NCBI GenBank assembly: GCA_963699165.1
Contig: OY969413.1
Coordinates: forward strand, 660,562-724,561
Direction: 5' to 3'
DNA length: 64,000 nucleotides
Source: Candidatus Kaiserbacteria bacterium
GTDB lineage: Bacteria > Patescibacteriota > Minisyncoccia > Phycocordibacterales > Phycocordibacteraceae
The notes below the pieces were generated by a model. That model was not told the DNA's origin, did no database searches, and worked only from the letters and a program-made list of their open reading frames with translations. Positions 18,681 through 27,048 of this stretch are shown here, piece by piece; within the stretch, counting starts at the first letter, position 1; every line of letters starts with the position of its first letter. The position numbers and the translations under genes are program-made.

Positions 18681-18899
18681 TTATTTTTCTAGACGCTTCA
18701 CGTTCGAGGCGTTAATCGGGCGCGAGCGCTCGACGATGCGTCCGACTTCTCCCGTACGGCCTTTCAGGTGGCGCTTATAGAGCGCGACGCCCTCAACGAC
18801 TACGGCATTGTCTTTCGGCAATGCGCGGACAATGAGGCCGGTCTTGCCCTTGTCCTTACCCGCTATCACTTTTACCTTGTCTCCTTTTTTTACGTGCAT
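18681..18899 (-). CDS. rplX: 50S ribosomal protein L24 (short, 72 aa)
   Basis: MHVKKGDKVKVIAGKDKGKTG, PINASNV. Confidence 0.93.
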   Translation of the reverse strand: MHVKKGDKVKVIAGKDKGKTGLIVRALPKDNAVVVEGVALYKRHLKGRTGEVGRIVERSRPINASNVKRLEK

Positions 18900-18909
18900 A
18901 CAAAAGAAA

Positions 18910-19287
18910 TTAGACGACATCAGCCGCAAGAGACACGATGGAGTGCCAGCCGCGCTCGGAAAGTTCGCGAGGCACCGGACCGAAAATGCGGTTTCCTTTC
19001 GGGCCCATTTCCTTGCCCTGCTTTTCGATGAGCACGACCGCGTTCTCATCAAAGCGAACATACGAACCGTCTTTGCGGGCAAAGGGTTTCACTTGGCGCA
19101 CGACAATGGCGCGGTATACATCCTTCTTCTTCACGGCCTTGCGCGGCTCTGCCGTCTGGATGGATACAATGACCGTATCGCCGATGCGCGCATAGCGGCG
19201 CTTGCTTCCGCCGATCACTTTGAAAACGCGGGCGATTTTACCGCCTGAATTGTCCGCGACCGTGACGATGGATTGTGGCTGCAACAT
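18910..19287 (-). CDS. rplN: 50S ribosomal protein L14
   Basis: VADNSG, RFDENAVV, RIFGPVPREL. Confidence 0.95.
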   Translation of the reverse strand: MLQPQSIVTVADNSGGKIARVFKVIGGSKRRYARIGDTVIVSIQTAEPRKAVKKKDVYRAIVVRQVKPFARKDGSYVRFDENAVVLIEKQGKEMGPKGNRIFGPVPRELSERGWHSIVSLAADVV

Positions 19288-19288
19288 A

Positions 19289-19624
19289 TTATTTTTCCGA
19301 AGCGGCGGAACCTGCGCCCGCGACAATCGCAAACCGCTTCAACTTTGAAATCGGGCGCGTTGCCTGAATGGTGACCGTGTCGCCGACCTGCGCCGCGTTG
19401 CCCGGATTATGCGCAAGAAACTTCTTCGAGCGCACAAAGTACTTCTTGTACTTTGCATTCTTCTCGAAGCGGTCGACCTGAACGGTGGCCGTGTCTTTCA
19501 TCGCCGTCTTTATGACAACGCCGGTGAATGATTGGGGGCGGGTCCCGTTAGAAGCGCCCTTAGCGAGCGCATCGGACGCCTTTGAATCATTGTTTCTAAC
19601 GGGACGGGTAGTTTTTTGTTCCAT
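19289..19624 (-). CDS. rpsQ: 30S ribosomal protein S17 carrying an in-frame palindromic insertion
   Basis: GVVIKTAMKDTATV, TRPISKLKRF; start at MEQKTT. Confidence 0.93.
   Translation of the reverse strand: MEQKTTRPVRNNDSKASDALAKGASNGTRPQSFTGVVIKTAMKDTATVQVDRFEKNAKYKKYFVRSKKFLAHNPGNAAQVGDTVTIQATRPISKLKRFAIVAGAGSAASEK
19542..19605. repeat. Palindromic element inside rpsQ
   Basis: Perfect 12-bp IR GTCCCGTTAGAA / TTCTAACGGGAC; encodes RPVRNNDSKASDALAKGASNGT. Confidence 0.8.
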
Positions 19625-19628
19625 AAAA

Positions 19629-19895
19629 TTATTTTGCTTTCTGCGCTCGTGCTCCGTTAGAGGCGCTCGCGGTAGCCGAGCCAGACGCCAAAGGCGTCTT
19701 GCCTCTAACGGAGCGAGCATGCTGCTCGGTAAGAATGCGGGCGACCGTTGCGCGAAACTTCCGCGCGGCGTTTGGGTTCTTCGGGCGAGAACCGGCCTTG
19801 GCAAAGCGCTCGCCGCGCAAATCCGCGCGCGTCGCCGCAAGAAGCTTTTCAAGCTCCTCTCCCGTTTTCCCTGCCATGGTATCTTTTTTTGTCAT
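19629..19895 (-). CDS. rpmC: 50S ribosomal protein L29 carrying an in-frame palindromic insertion
   Basis: Between rplP and rpsQ; RADLRGERF...KNPNAARKFRATVARILT. Confidence 0.88.
   Translation of the reverse strand: MTKKDTMAGKTGEELEKLLAATRADLRGERFAKAGSRPKNPNAARKFRATVARILTEQHARSVRGKTPLASGSATASASNGARAQKAK
19651..19714. repeat. Palindromic element inside rpmC
   Basis: Perfect 14-bp IR GCTCCGTTAGAGGC / GCCTCTAACGGAGC with inner hairpin AGACGCCAAAGGCGTCT. Confidence 0.8.
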
Positions 19896-19914
19896 AAAAA
19901 TGGTGAAAATGCAA

Positions 19915-20337
19915 TTAGCTGCGCGTTATGATGGTCGTTTTCACCGGCAACTTCATGCCTGCCTGGCGCAAATGCGCGCGGGCGATATTCTCCGGCACGC
20001 CGTCGATTTCGAAAAGCACGCGGCCCGGACGCACCTCGAAAACGTAGAACTTCGGATCGCCTTTGCCGCTACCCATGCCCACTTCAGCCGGCTTCATCGT
20101 GACCGGCCGGTCCGGGAAGACGCGAATCCAAAGTTTGCCCGTCTTTGCGGTTGCGCGCGTCAGCACCTTGCGGGCCGCTTCAATCTGATTGCTCGTCATG
20201 CGCGCGCTCGAGAGCGCTTTGAGTGCAAACGAACCGAAGGCCGCAGTCGTGCCGCGCGTATCAGGACGATTCAAACGCTTATCGCTTTTGCGCTGCGTCT
20301 GCCACTTTCGGTGTTTTACTTTTTTAGGAAACAACAT
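19915..20337 (-). CDS. rplP: 50S ribosomal protein L16
   Basis: [26 protein letters not shown]. Confidence 0.96.
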   Translation of the reverse strand: MLFPKKVKHRKWQTQRKSDKRLNRPDTRGTTAAFGSFALKALSSARMTSNQIEAARKVLTRATAKTGKLWIRVFPDRPVTMKPAEVGMGSGKGDPKFYVFEVRPGRVLFEIDGVPENIARAHLRQAGMKLPVKTTIITRS

Positions 20338-20347
20338 ACGAAAAATA

Positions 20348-21058
20348 TTATGCGCGCGTCGCAGCTTCCGGCATGCGGACCGCCGTCTTCTTGTCCTGAT
20401 AGATATTGCCGCGATAAATCCACACTTTGATGCCGATGACGCCGTACGGGAGGTATGCCTGCTCGTGTGCGAAGTCGATGTCGGCGCGGAAGGTCTGAAG
20501 CGGGATGCGTCCCTTTTTGAGCTCCTCCTTGCGGCTCATTTCGGCGCCGCCAAGGCGTCCGGAGACCGCGATGCGCACACCTTCAACCTCGCGCACCGCG
20601 ATGACCTTTTCAATCGTCTGCTTGAGCACGCGGCGGAACGGCATGCGCTTCTCAAGACCCTCGGCAATCATGTATGCGACGACTGCCGCATCCGTTTCCG
20701 GCTGGCGGACTTCATTGATGTCGAACTTGACCTGCTTGCCGGCCGGAAGCGCCGTTGCGGAAACCTTGCGGACAACATCCGTGAGTTCTGCGCGGAGCTT
20801 GCCGGCGTTTTCGCCGGAGCGGCCGATGACGAGGCCCGGGCGCGCCGTCGAAAGCACGATGCGAAGCTCGTTTTCGGAACGCTCGATTTCGATGCCGCTC
20901 GTGTAGGTGCCGCGAAGGCGCTTCGTCAAAAAACGGCGAATGGTCTCGTCGACTTTGATGTTCTCGCGGAACGCCTGCTTGTCCGCGGTGAACCAACGGC
21001 TCTTCCAGCCGCGGACGGTGCCGAGGCGGTGTGCGTAAGGATGTACGGTGTGTGTCAT
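20348..21058 (-). CDS. rpsC: 30S ribosomal protein S3
   Basis: HPYAHRLG, SGRLGGAEMSR, YGVIGIKVWI. Confidence 0.96.
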   Translation of the reverse strand: MTHTVHPYAHRLGTVRGWKSRWFTADKQAFRENIKVDETIRRFLTKRLRGTYTSGIEIERSENELRIVLSTARPGLVIGRSGENAGKLRAELTDVVRKVSATALPAGKQVKFDINEVRQPETDAAVVAYMIAEGLEKRMPFRRVLKQTIEKVIAVREVEGVRIAVSGRLGGAEMSRKEELKKGRIPLQTFRADIDFAHEQAYLPYGVIGIKVWIYRGNIYQDKKTAVRMPEAATRA

Positions 21059-21065
21059 ATAAAAA

Positions 21066-21467
21066 TTATGCGAGCGTTACTTTGACGCGGCTTTTCTTGC
21101 GGCGAATCGCAGAAGCGCGGCCGAAGGCGCGCGGCATGTAGCGCTTCATCATGCCCGCGCTTTCGACGACAATCGACTGCACTTTGAGCCCCTCGACGTC
21201 TTTGCCGTCGTTCTTCGCATTGGCGGCCGCGCTCTTGATGAGCTTTGCAATCGGCTCTGCGGCGCGCTTCGGAAGAAACTCGAGTGCGGCAAGCGCGGAC
21301 GTAACCGTCTTCCCTTTTACGAGGTCGGTCACAAGGCGGACCTTGCGCGGTGTCTGGTTGTAGGTTTCGAGAGATGCGCGCGCCCCGTTAGACACAACAG
21401 AAACAGTCGCCGCGTTGCTTTTGCGGACGCCTTTTGTTTTCTTTTCTGTTGTAGCTGTTTTAGTCAT
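21066..21467 (-). CDS. rplV: 50S ribosomal protein L22 (start codon supplied by an inserted element)
   Basis: QTPRKVRLVTDLVKGK, KRYMPRAFGRAS. Confidence 0.93.
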   Translation of the reverse strand: MTKTATTEKKTKGVRKSNAATVSVVSNGARASLETYNQTPRKVRLVTDLVKGKTVTSALAALEFLPKRAAEPIAKLIKSAAANAKNDGKDVEGLKVQSIVVESAGMMKRYMPRAFGRASAIRRKKSRVKVTLA

Positions 21468-21482
21468 AGGTGTCTAACGGGG
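21383..21482. repeat. Long-form palindromic element at the rplV 5' end
   Basis: Perfect 13-bp IR CCCCGTTAGACAC / GTGTCTAACGGGG. Confidence 0.8.
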
Positions 21483-21493
21483 TGTGCCATAGA

Positions 21494-21838
21494 TTATTTC
21501 TTTTTTGGTGCCGGCGCCTCCTTTGCGGACTTTGCGGACGCGATTTCCGCCTGCTGCTTCTTCTGCTCCATTTCCTTCTGCATCTTGCCTCCGTGGCGAA
21601 CGAACTTCTTCGTCGGGGAGAATTCGCCAAGGCGATGGCCGACCATTTCCTCGGAAACAAGGACTTCGAGGTGCTGCTTGCCGTTATGGACGCCAAAGGT
21701 AAAACCTATCATTTCCGGGCTAATTTGGCTGCGCCGCGCCCACGTCTTAATCACCCCCGCCGTTGACGGTTTTGCGTTTGCAACCTTCTTGAGGAGTTTG
21801 ACGTCCACAAAAGGGCCTTTGGATAGTGAGCGTGACAT
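21494..21838 (-). CDS. rpsS: 30S ribosomal protein S19
   Basis: [31 protein letters not shown]. Confidence 0.95.
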   Translation of the reverse strand: MSRSLSKGPFVDVKLLKKVANAKPSTAGVIKTWARRSQISPEMIGFTFGVHNGKQHLEVLVSEEMVGHRLGEFSPTKKFVRHGGKMQKEMEQKKQQAEIASAKSAKEAPAPKKK

Positions 21839-21875
21839 AAGCAATGAAAAGCCCGCGCAAGCGCGAGATAGGTAG

Positions 21876-21904
21876 AATGTACAGGAATGCAAGCGAATCG
21901 TCAA
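21876..21904 (-). promoter_or_regulatory. Sigma70-type promoter for the rpsS-rplE unit
   Basis: TTGACG, 17-bp spacer, TACATT. Confidence 0.7.
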
Positions 21905-22944
21905 ATAGTTGTACGCGTCCAGTACTTTTGGCAGTCCCCGACGGTTAATGTACACACAATATACCGCAAGGGGGACACCATGCCGAGCGACTGGTGCGGG
22001 CGTTTGGTGTTGTACCAGATCAGCCAGTCGACAAGCTTCAGATTGAAGGAATGAATATCGTCCCGCAGCAGGCCCCGATTCAGCATGATGAAGTCCTCGG
22101 AGACGGTGCGATTGAATCGTTCGACGTGGGCATTCATCTTGGGAGTGCGGGGGCGGGTGTGAAAGTGCGTGAGACCGAGTTCGGCACAGGCATCCTCGAA
22201 GTGTTTGGCGAACTCGCTCCCGTTGTCGGTCTGCAACTCGTCGATATCGAAGGGGCAAACCTCGATGACTCGGCGAAGGAAGTCGTCCGCGCTTCTCGAC
22301 GAGTGGTTCGTATACGCGCCCGCAAAGGCGAACTTCCGCTCCACGTCCACTGCCGTGAGGACGTACCGCTTCACGCCGTCGATGAAGCGGACGACGGTAT
22401 CGAGCTCCATGCCGCGCTTGCCGGTGCGGCGAAGCTTGGTACGGCGTTTCTGCGGTGTTTCCGTGTGATTGCCCGTACGTGCGTGGAACGAGAGCCGGCT
22501 CTGCTGCGGGAGCAGACCGCGGTTCTTCAAATCCAGAATGACCCGCCCAACGTATGACTCCGACACGGAGTGCCCTTCTTCGCGCAGGAGAACGGCAAGC
22601 TTTGCTTTCCCAAGCCGGGGATGCGCCTGTCGTTCGCGGATGATGAAATCCTCGACCTCGGGCAGAACAGTCCTCCTTCGACGCGCCTTCGGCGCAGTGC
22701 TCTTCGGGTCAAGTGCATCAATGCGGCCCTCGTGGGCTTTGAGTTCCTCCTTCCAGCGATACAAGGTGCGCTCCGAGGTGCCAAAGGCGTCGTATGCGGC
22801 CTCCGTCCCGTGCATGTCCCAGAATCCCAATATCTTCACCCGTCTGTCGACTTCCTTTGGTTTCCGCATATGCCGCAATCGTATCGTCCTTTCCCACATG
22901 CTCAACCAGCCCTTCGTACCCCTGAAATTGCTTCTGATGCGCAT
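21901..22944 (-). CDS. IS481-like DDE transposase, copy 2
   Basis: Near-identical to 15527..16570; ends KYWTRTTI. Confidence 0.9.
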   Translation of the reverse strand: MRIRSNFRGTKGWLSMWERTIRLRHMRKPKEVDRRVKILGFWDMHGTEAAYDAFGTSERTLYRWKEELKAHEGRIDALDPKSTAPKARRRRTVLPEVEDFIIRERQAHPRLGKAKLAVLLREEGHSVSESYVGRVILDLKNRGLLPQQSRLSFHARTGNHTETPQKRRTKLRRTGKRGMELDTVVRFIDGVKRYVLTAVDVERKFAFAGAYTNHSSRSADDFLRRVIEVCPFDIDELQTDNGSEFAKHFEDACAELGLTHFHTRPRTPKMNAHVERFNRTVSEDFIMLNRGLLRDDIHSFNLKLVDWLIWYNTKRPHQSLGMVSPLRYIVCTLTVGDCQKYWTRTTI

Positions 22945-22989
22945 ATATCCTCGGTTATGAGGACTGCCAAATGTATCTGAACTTATGCA
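21910..22989 (-). mobile_element. IS481-like insertion sequence, copy 2 (1080 bp)
   Basis: Same ends as copy 1 and at least 4 substitutions; flanks ATAGT / GCAGT are not a perfect TSD. Confidence 0.88.
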
Positions 22990-23032
22990 GCAGTTGGCCA
23001 CGAGCGACAACTTTTTGCTACACTGTCCTTAT

Positions 23033-23812
23033 ATGAAGAAAAATTCTCTTATTGCTGGAATTGTTGTCCTCGTTGTCATCGCTGCCGCCGTAGCGCTCTA
23101 TGCGACCGGAAAAATCTTCCCGCGCGAGCAGGCGACGGCAAACAATCCTGCCATTACTCTCCCGCCCAGCAGCTACTCTGAAAACGCGAAGTATTACGAC
23201 ATTGCGGCAAACTACGCCTCCACAACCCCTTTACTCACGACTGCGGGCGCTTTAGCGGACGCAACTGCGCGCTCGACGATGTACGGCTTCATCCGCGATA
23301 CCATCGTTCAATTCAAAACCGACGGCAATTTCGACAAACTCACGAGCGACGACGTGAAGGCGATGGGTTTTGACCAGGGCCGCAAAGAGAAACTGCAAAT
23401 CGTGTACATGATTTCGTCTTCTCCGCGGACGGTATCGTACATTTTTACGATTACCACAGATACGCTCGGCGCGCATCCGAATACCGCGTTCCGCACGTTC
23501 ACATTCGACACCAAGACGGGCGCGGAGCTTTCGCTTTCGGATATTTTTGCGCCGGGTTCAAACTATCTCGACACTCTCTCAACGATAAGCCGCACACAAT
23601 TGCCTACGATTATCGGTCCCGATGCGGACACGACATTCATCGCGAACGGAACCACGCCAAACGATTCTAACTTTGCGAATTTCTTCGTCGATAACAGCTC
23701 GCTCGTATTTCTCTTCCCGCCCTACCAAGTCGCTCCGTATGCGGCAGGACCGCAGACGCTTCCAATCGCGCTCTCGCAATTAAGCGGAATTTTGAAGGCG
23801 GAATACAAATAA
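23033..23812 (+). CDS. Membrane-anchored RsiV/PdaC-like (DUF3298) protein
   Basis: Signal anchor; GAHPN...TFTFD...LSLSDIF, FLFPPYQVAPYAAG; TACACT upstream. Confidence 0.8.
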   Translation: MKKNSLIAGIVVLVVIAAAVALYATGKIFPREQATANNPAITLPPSSYSENAKYYDIAANYASTTPLLTTAGALADATARSTMYGFIRDTIVQFKTDGNFDKLTSDDVKAMGFDQGRKEKLQIVYMISSSPRTVSYIFTITTDTLGAHPNTAFRTFTFDTKTGAELSLSDIFAPGSNYLDTLSTISRTQLPTIIGPDADTTFIANGTTPNDSNFANFFVDNSSLVFLFPPYQVAPYAAGPQTLPIALSQLSGILKAEYK

Positions 23813-23849
23813 CGAAATGCCCGCGCCGAAGGCGCGGGCATTTCGTTAT
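23809..23849. terminator. Bidirectional terminator hairpin
   Basis: ATAACGAAATGCCCGCGCC-GAA-GGCGCGGGCATTTCGTTAT between convergent genes. Confidence 0.7.
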
Positions 23850-23852
23850 TTT

Positions 23853-24704
23853 TTAGGCGGCCTTTCGCTTCTTGCCAACCTTTCGTCTGCTGACAATAAA
23901 TACATTTGAATACTTTTTCGGAGTCCTCGTCTTCTGGCCCTTGCCGGACGGCTTGCCCCACTTCGTCTTTGCGCGGCGCAAACCGCGTCCTTGGCGTCCT
24001 TCGCCGCCGCCATGCGGATGGTCTACCGGGTTCATCGCTGTTCCGCGCACCGTCGGGCGCTTGCCCATCCAGCGGCTGCGGCCCGCTTTGCCGATGACGA
24101 CGAGATTGTATTCCTCGTTCCCCACCGTGCCGATTGAAGCCCACGCGAGGTCGGAAATCTTGCGAATTTCAGTCGACGGAAGTTTGATTTGCGCGTAGCC
24201 CGCATCATGCGCGACGACTTCGGCGAAGTTGCCTGCCGAGCGAACCAAGCTCGCGCCCGAAAGCGGAGCGATTTCGATGTTGTAGATAAAGGTTCCAACC
24301 GGAATCTTGCCAATCGGAAGGCGGTTGCCCGGAACGAGCGGCGCATTTTCCGAAACGATAAACGTGCTGCCGACTTTCACTTCCTTCGGGAGAATCACGT
24401 AGCGGCGCGCGCCGTCGCGGTAGAGCGCAAGACCGATGAAGGCCGAGCGGAACGGATCGTATTCAACCGTTTCGATTTTGGCCGGAATGTCTTTCTTGTC
24501 GTACTTGAAATCGATGTCGCGCAAACGGCGCTTGTGTCCGCCGCCTTGGTGGCGTGTCGTGATGCGACCGAAACCGTTTCGTCCGCCTTGGCCGCTTTTC
24601 ACCTTGAGGAGCGCCTTGTGCGGCGCATTGCCCGAAAGCAACTCCTTGTAAGGGAGCGTGGTCATGTGGCGGCGGCTTTTTGATGTTGGGCGGTACGTTT
24701 TCAT
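23853..24704 (-). CDS. rplB: 50S ribosomal protein L2
   Basis: RHQGGGHKR, RPTVRGTAMNPVDHPHGGGEG. Confidence 0.97.
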   Translation of the reverse strand: MKTYRPTSKSRRHMTTLPYKELLSGNAPHKALLKVKSGQGGRNGFGRITTRHQGGGHKRRLRDIDFKYDKKDIPAKIETVEYDPFRSAFIGLALYRDGARRYVILPKEVKVGSTFIVSENAPLVPGNRLPIGKIPVGTFIYNIEIAPLSGASLVRSAGNFAEVVAHDAGYAQIKLPSTEIRKISDLAWASIGTVGNEEYNLVVIGKAGRSRWMGKRPTVRGTAMNPVDHPHGGGEGRQGRGLRRAKTKWGKPSGKGQKTRTPKKYSNVFIVSRRKVGKKRKAA

Positions 24705-24712
24705 AGAAATAA

Positions 24713-25087
24713 TTAAGCAAACTGAATGCTGTCGCCCGCGTTCAGGTACACATAGGCCTTGCGGCGAGCGGCACGAGTCCCGACACCGCGGCGCGTGCGC
24801 ATCGCCTTCTTCTTTGCGGGAAGATTCACCGTGCGAATGGCACGCGGTTCGACATTGTAAATTTCTTTAATCGCTGAAGCGATTTCGGCCTTCGTCGCGC
24901 GCGGCGCAACTTCGAAGACGTAGACGCCTTTCTCCGTGATGATGAGCGCCTTCTCGGAAAACCATGGCGCGCGGATGATGTCATGCGCCGCGCCGCCTGC
25001 GTGCTTTGTGGTGCGCGCGCGGTACTTGCGGACAACTTTGTCCTTCTTTTCCTTCTTATTCTTTGCGGTGGTTCCGAAGATAGCCAT
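24713..25087 (-). CDS. rplW: 50S ribosomal protein L23
   Basis: PWFSEKA, ATKAEI, RKAYVYL. Confidence 0.92.
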   Translation of the reverse strand: MAIFGTTAKNKKEKKDKVVRKYRARTTKHAGGAAHDIIRAPWFSEKALIITEKGVYVFEVAPRATKAEIASAIKEIYNVEPRAIRTVNLPAKKKAMRTRRGVGTRAARRKAYVYLNAGDSIQFA

Positions 25088-25093
25088 GATAAT

Positions 25094-25807
25094 TTATTTA
25101 GCTTTGACGCGGGCCGTGAGTGCTGCAAATGCCGCCTCCGGCTTTTCGATGATGAGATACTTATTCGTCATCACGTCGAGCGGATTCAAGTTGCGAAGCT
25201 CCTCGGTCGAAACGTTTCCGAAGTTGCTGAAGCTCTTGATGACATTTGCATCGTATGCGGAAATTGCGAGAAGCGCTGCGTTCTTTTTCTTCGTCGCGAG
25301 CGTTGCGGCGCTTGCACCCTTTGCGATTGCGCCGAGTGCGCTCTTTGCCGTTGCCGTCTTCGGTGCCGCAAAAACGAACTTGTCGACAAGAATGATTTCG
25401 CCGTCCTTCGCTTTTCGCGAAAGCACCGAAAGGAGCGCGCCAATGCGCATCTTGCGGTTGATTTTCTCGCTGTAGTTGCGCTCGTTGCGCGGACCAAACG
25501 TGATGCCGCCGTGGCGCCAAATCGGCGAGCGCGTCGAGCTGTGGCGTGCTTGACCGGTTCCCTTTTGCTTCCACGGCTTCTTGCCGCCGCCAGCGACTTC
25601 GGCGCGGTCCTTTGTGTGTGCGCGATTCTGGCGCGCATTTGCCTGCATCGCAGTCGTCACTTGGTGCACGAGGTCGGAGCGCCAAGGTGCGCCGAAAATG
25701 TCCGCCGGAAGCGTGATGCTGCCAACCTTTTCACCGGCCATCGAGAAAATAGGCGCTTCAATCGGCGTGTACTCGGCTTTCTTTGTGATTTTTTTTGCGG
25801 TAGCCAT
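25094..25807 (-). CDS. rplD: 50S ribosomal protein L4
   Basis: GGGKKPWKQKGTGQARH, PIWRHGGITFGP. Confidence 0.95.
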   Translation of the reverse strand: MATAKKITKKAEYTPIEAPIFSMAGEKVGSITLPADIFGAPWRSDLVHQVTTAMQANARQNRAHTKDRAEVAGGGKKPWKQKGTGQARHSSTRSPIWRHGGITFGPRNERNYSEKINRKMRIGALLSVLSRKAKDGEIILVDKFVFAAPKTATAKSALGAIAKGASAATLATKKKNAALLAISAYDANVIKSFSNFGNVSTEELRNLNPLDVMTNKYLIIEKPEAAFAALTARVKAK

Positions 25808-25817
25808 GGTATGAAAA

Positions 25818-26432
25818 TTATGCGGAGATGACTTCAAGAAGCGTTCCGCGGCGGCCCGGAACGGCGCCGGAAACGATAATCTCGCCCGCCTTCGCGTCGA
25901 CTGCGAGGACTTTGAGATTCATGACCGTCACGCGGTCGGCGCCCAAACGGCCCGCCATGCGAATGCCCTTTGCGACACGGCCGCCTGCACGGCCGCCCGA
26001 TCCGCCGATTGAACCCGGAGAGCGCTCGGTGTGCTTCTGGCCGTGACTGCGCGGACCGCCATGGAAGCCGTAGCGCTTGATGCCGCTTGCAAAACCTTTT
26101 CCCTTTGTGATGCCGGATACGCGGACAACATCGCCGACCGCAAAGAGCGATGCGTCGATCGTTGCTCCGACTTCGGCAGCCGTGTCGGTGCGGAATTCGC
26201 GAATGGCTTCATAGCCCTTGCCCTTCGTGTGGCCGAGAACGGCTTTGCTCACGTTTTTCGTCTTGCGCACGCCCTGCCCCACCTGAACAGCCGAATATGC
26301 GTCCTTGCCGTTTGCGGACTTCACCTGCGTGACGGTTACCGGATCGGCAATGAGAATGGTTCCCGCGCGGGCGCGGCCATCATCCCCGAAAATACGGGTC
26401 ATTCCTTCCTTTTTTGCGAGAATGAATTTCAT
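25818..26432 (-). CDS. rplC: 50S ribosomal protein L3
   Basis: KEGMT, TKGKGF, RSPGSIG, RMAGRLG. Confidence 0.95.
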   Translation of the reverse strand: MKFILAKKEGMTRIFGDDGRARAGTILIADPVTVTQVKSANGKDAYSAVQVGQGVRKTKNVSKAVLGHTKGKGYEAIREFRTDTAAEVGATIDASLFAVGDVVRVSGITKGKGFASGIKRYGFHGGPRSHGQKHTERSPGSIGGSGGRAGGRVAKGIRMAGRLGADRVTVMNLKVLAVDAKAGEIIVSGAVPGRRGTLLEVISA

Positions 26433-26539
26433 TGTGTTGGTAAAGCAAATCGCGCCACAGCAATCGCGGGGCGCGATTTGCTGGAGGTCCTGCTTCAGGA
26501 TGCCCGAATGGGCGCCCGCGAGGACATAGCGATTTGGCT

Positions 26540-26568
26540 ACTCTACACGAGGCACGAAAAAGATGCAA
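26540..26568 (-). promoter_or_regulatory. Promoter for rplC-rplB, followed by a hairpin-rich leader
   Basis: TTGCAT, 17-bp spacer, TAGAGT; leader hairpin AGCAAATCGCGCC...GGCGCGATTTGCT. Confidence 0.6.
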
Positions 26569-27048
26569 ATATCTGCAATAAACGGCGCTTACTCCCCCCC
26601 CCGCAGTACACTCGAGAACTTGACAGCAAGTGGTCTAAACTTATAGTTCTCGACAGAAAGGTTGGGCCGATCGGTGAGTCAACTACGAAAAAGAAACGAA
26701 GCCGCAAGACGAATGAGGTACATCGCAGGTCGTCTTAACCTCGGAGGCGATGTCCGACAAGCACTGCGCGATCTGATCGCCAAAGCGTACGAACAATGCA
26801 AAGATGTCGAGCCATACCACGAAAGGCACGTCCGCGCGGCAGAACTGTACTACGCAATCGATGGGGATCCGCAGACGTTCAAGAAAATCGGGCAAACCTT
26901 GGGGGTGTGCCCGTCCGGTGCCCGCAAACTCGCAAGGTACGGATTGGTTATTCTCGGAAAGGTTTGCAGGGGGATACCAATCCAGAAACCGCGGCGAGAT
27001 AATCGCCCTCTCCCACTAGCCTTGTGCTTTAGCGCGGACGACCAATCG

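Noticed and set aside
21494-22258. Apparent 254-aa fusion of IS sequence to S19
   Set aside because: An alternative IS frame happens to run into rpsS; the real start is ATG 21838 with its own promoter
15536-22989. Composite transposon formed by the two direct IS481-like copies around rpsS-rplE
   Set aside because: Copy 1 has its own complete TSD and the outer flanks (ACCTG, GCAGT) do not match, so these are independent insertions
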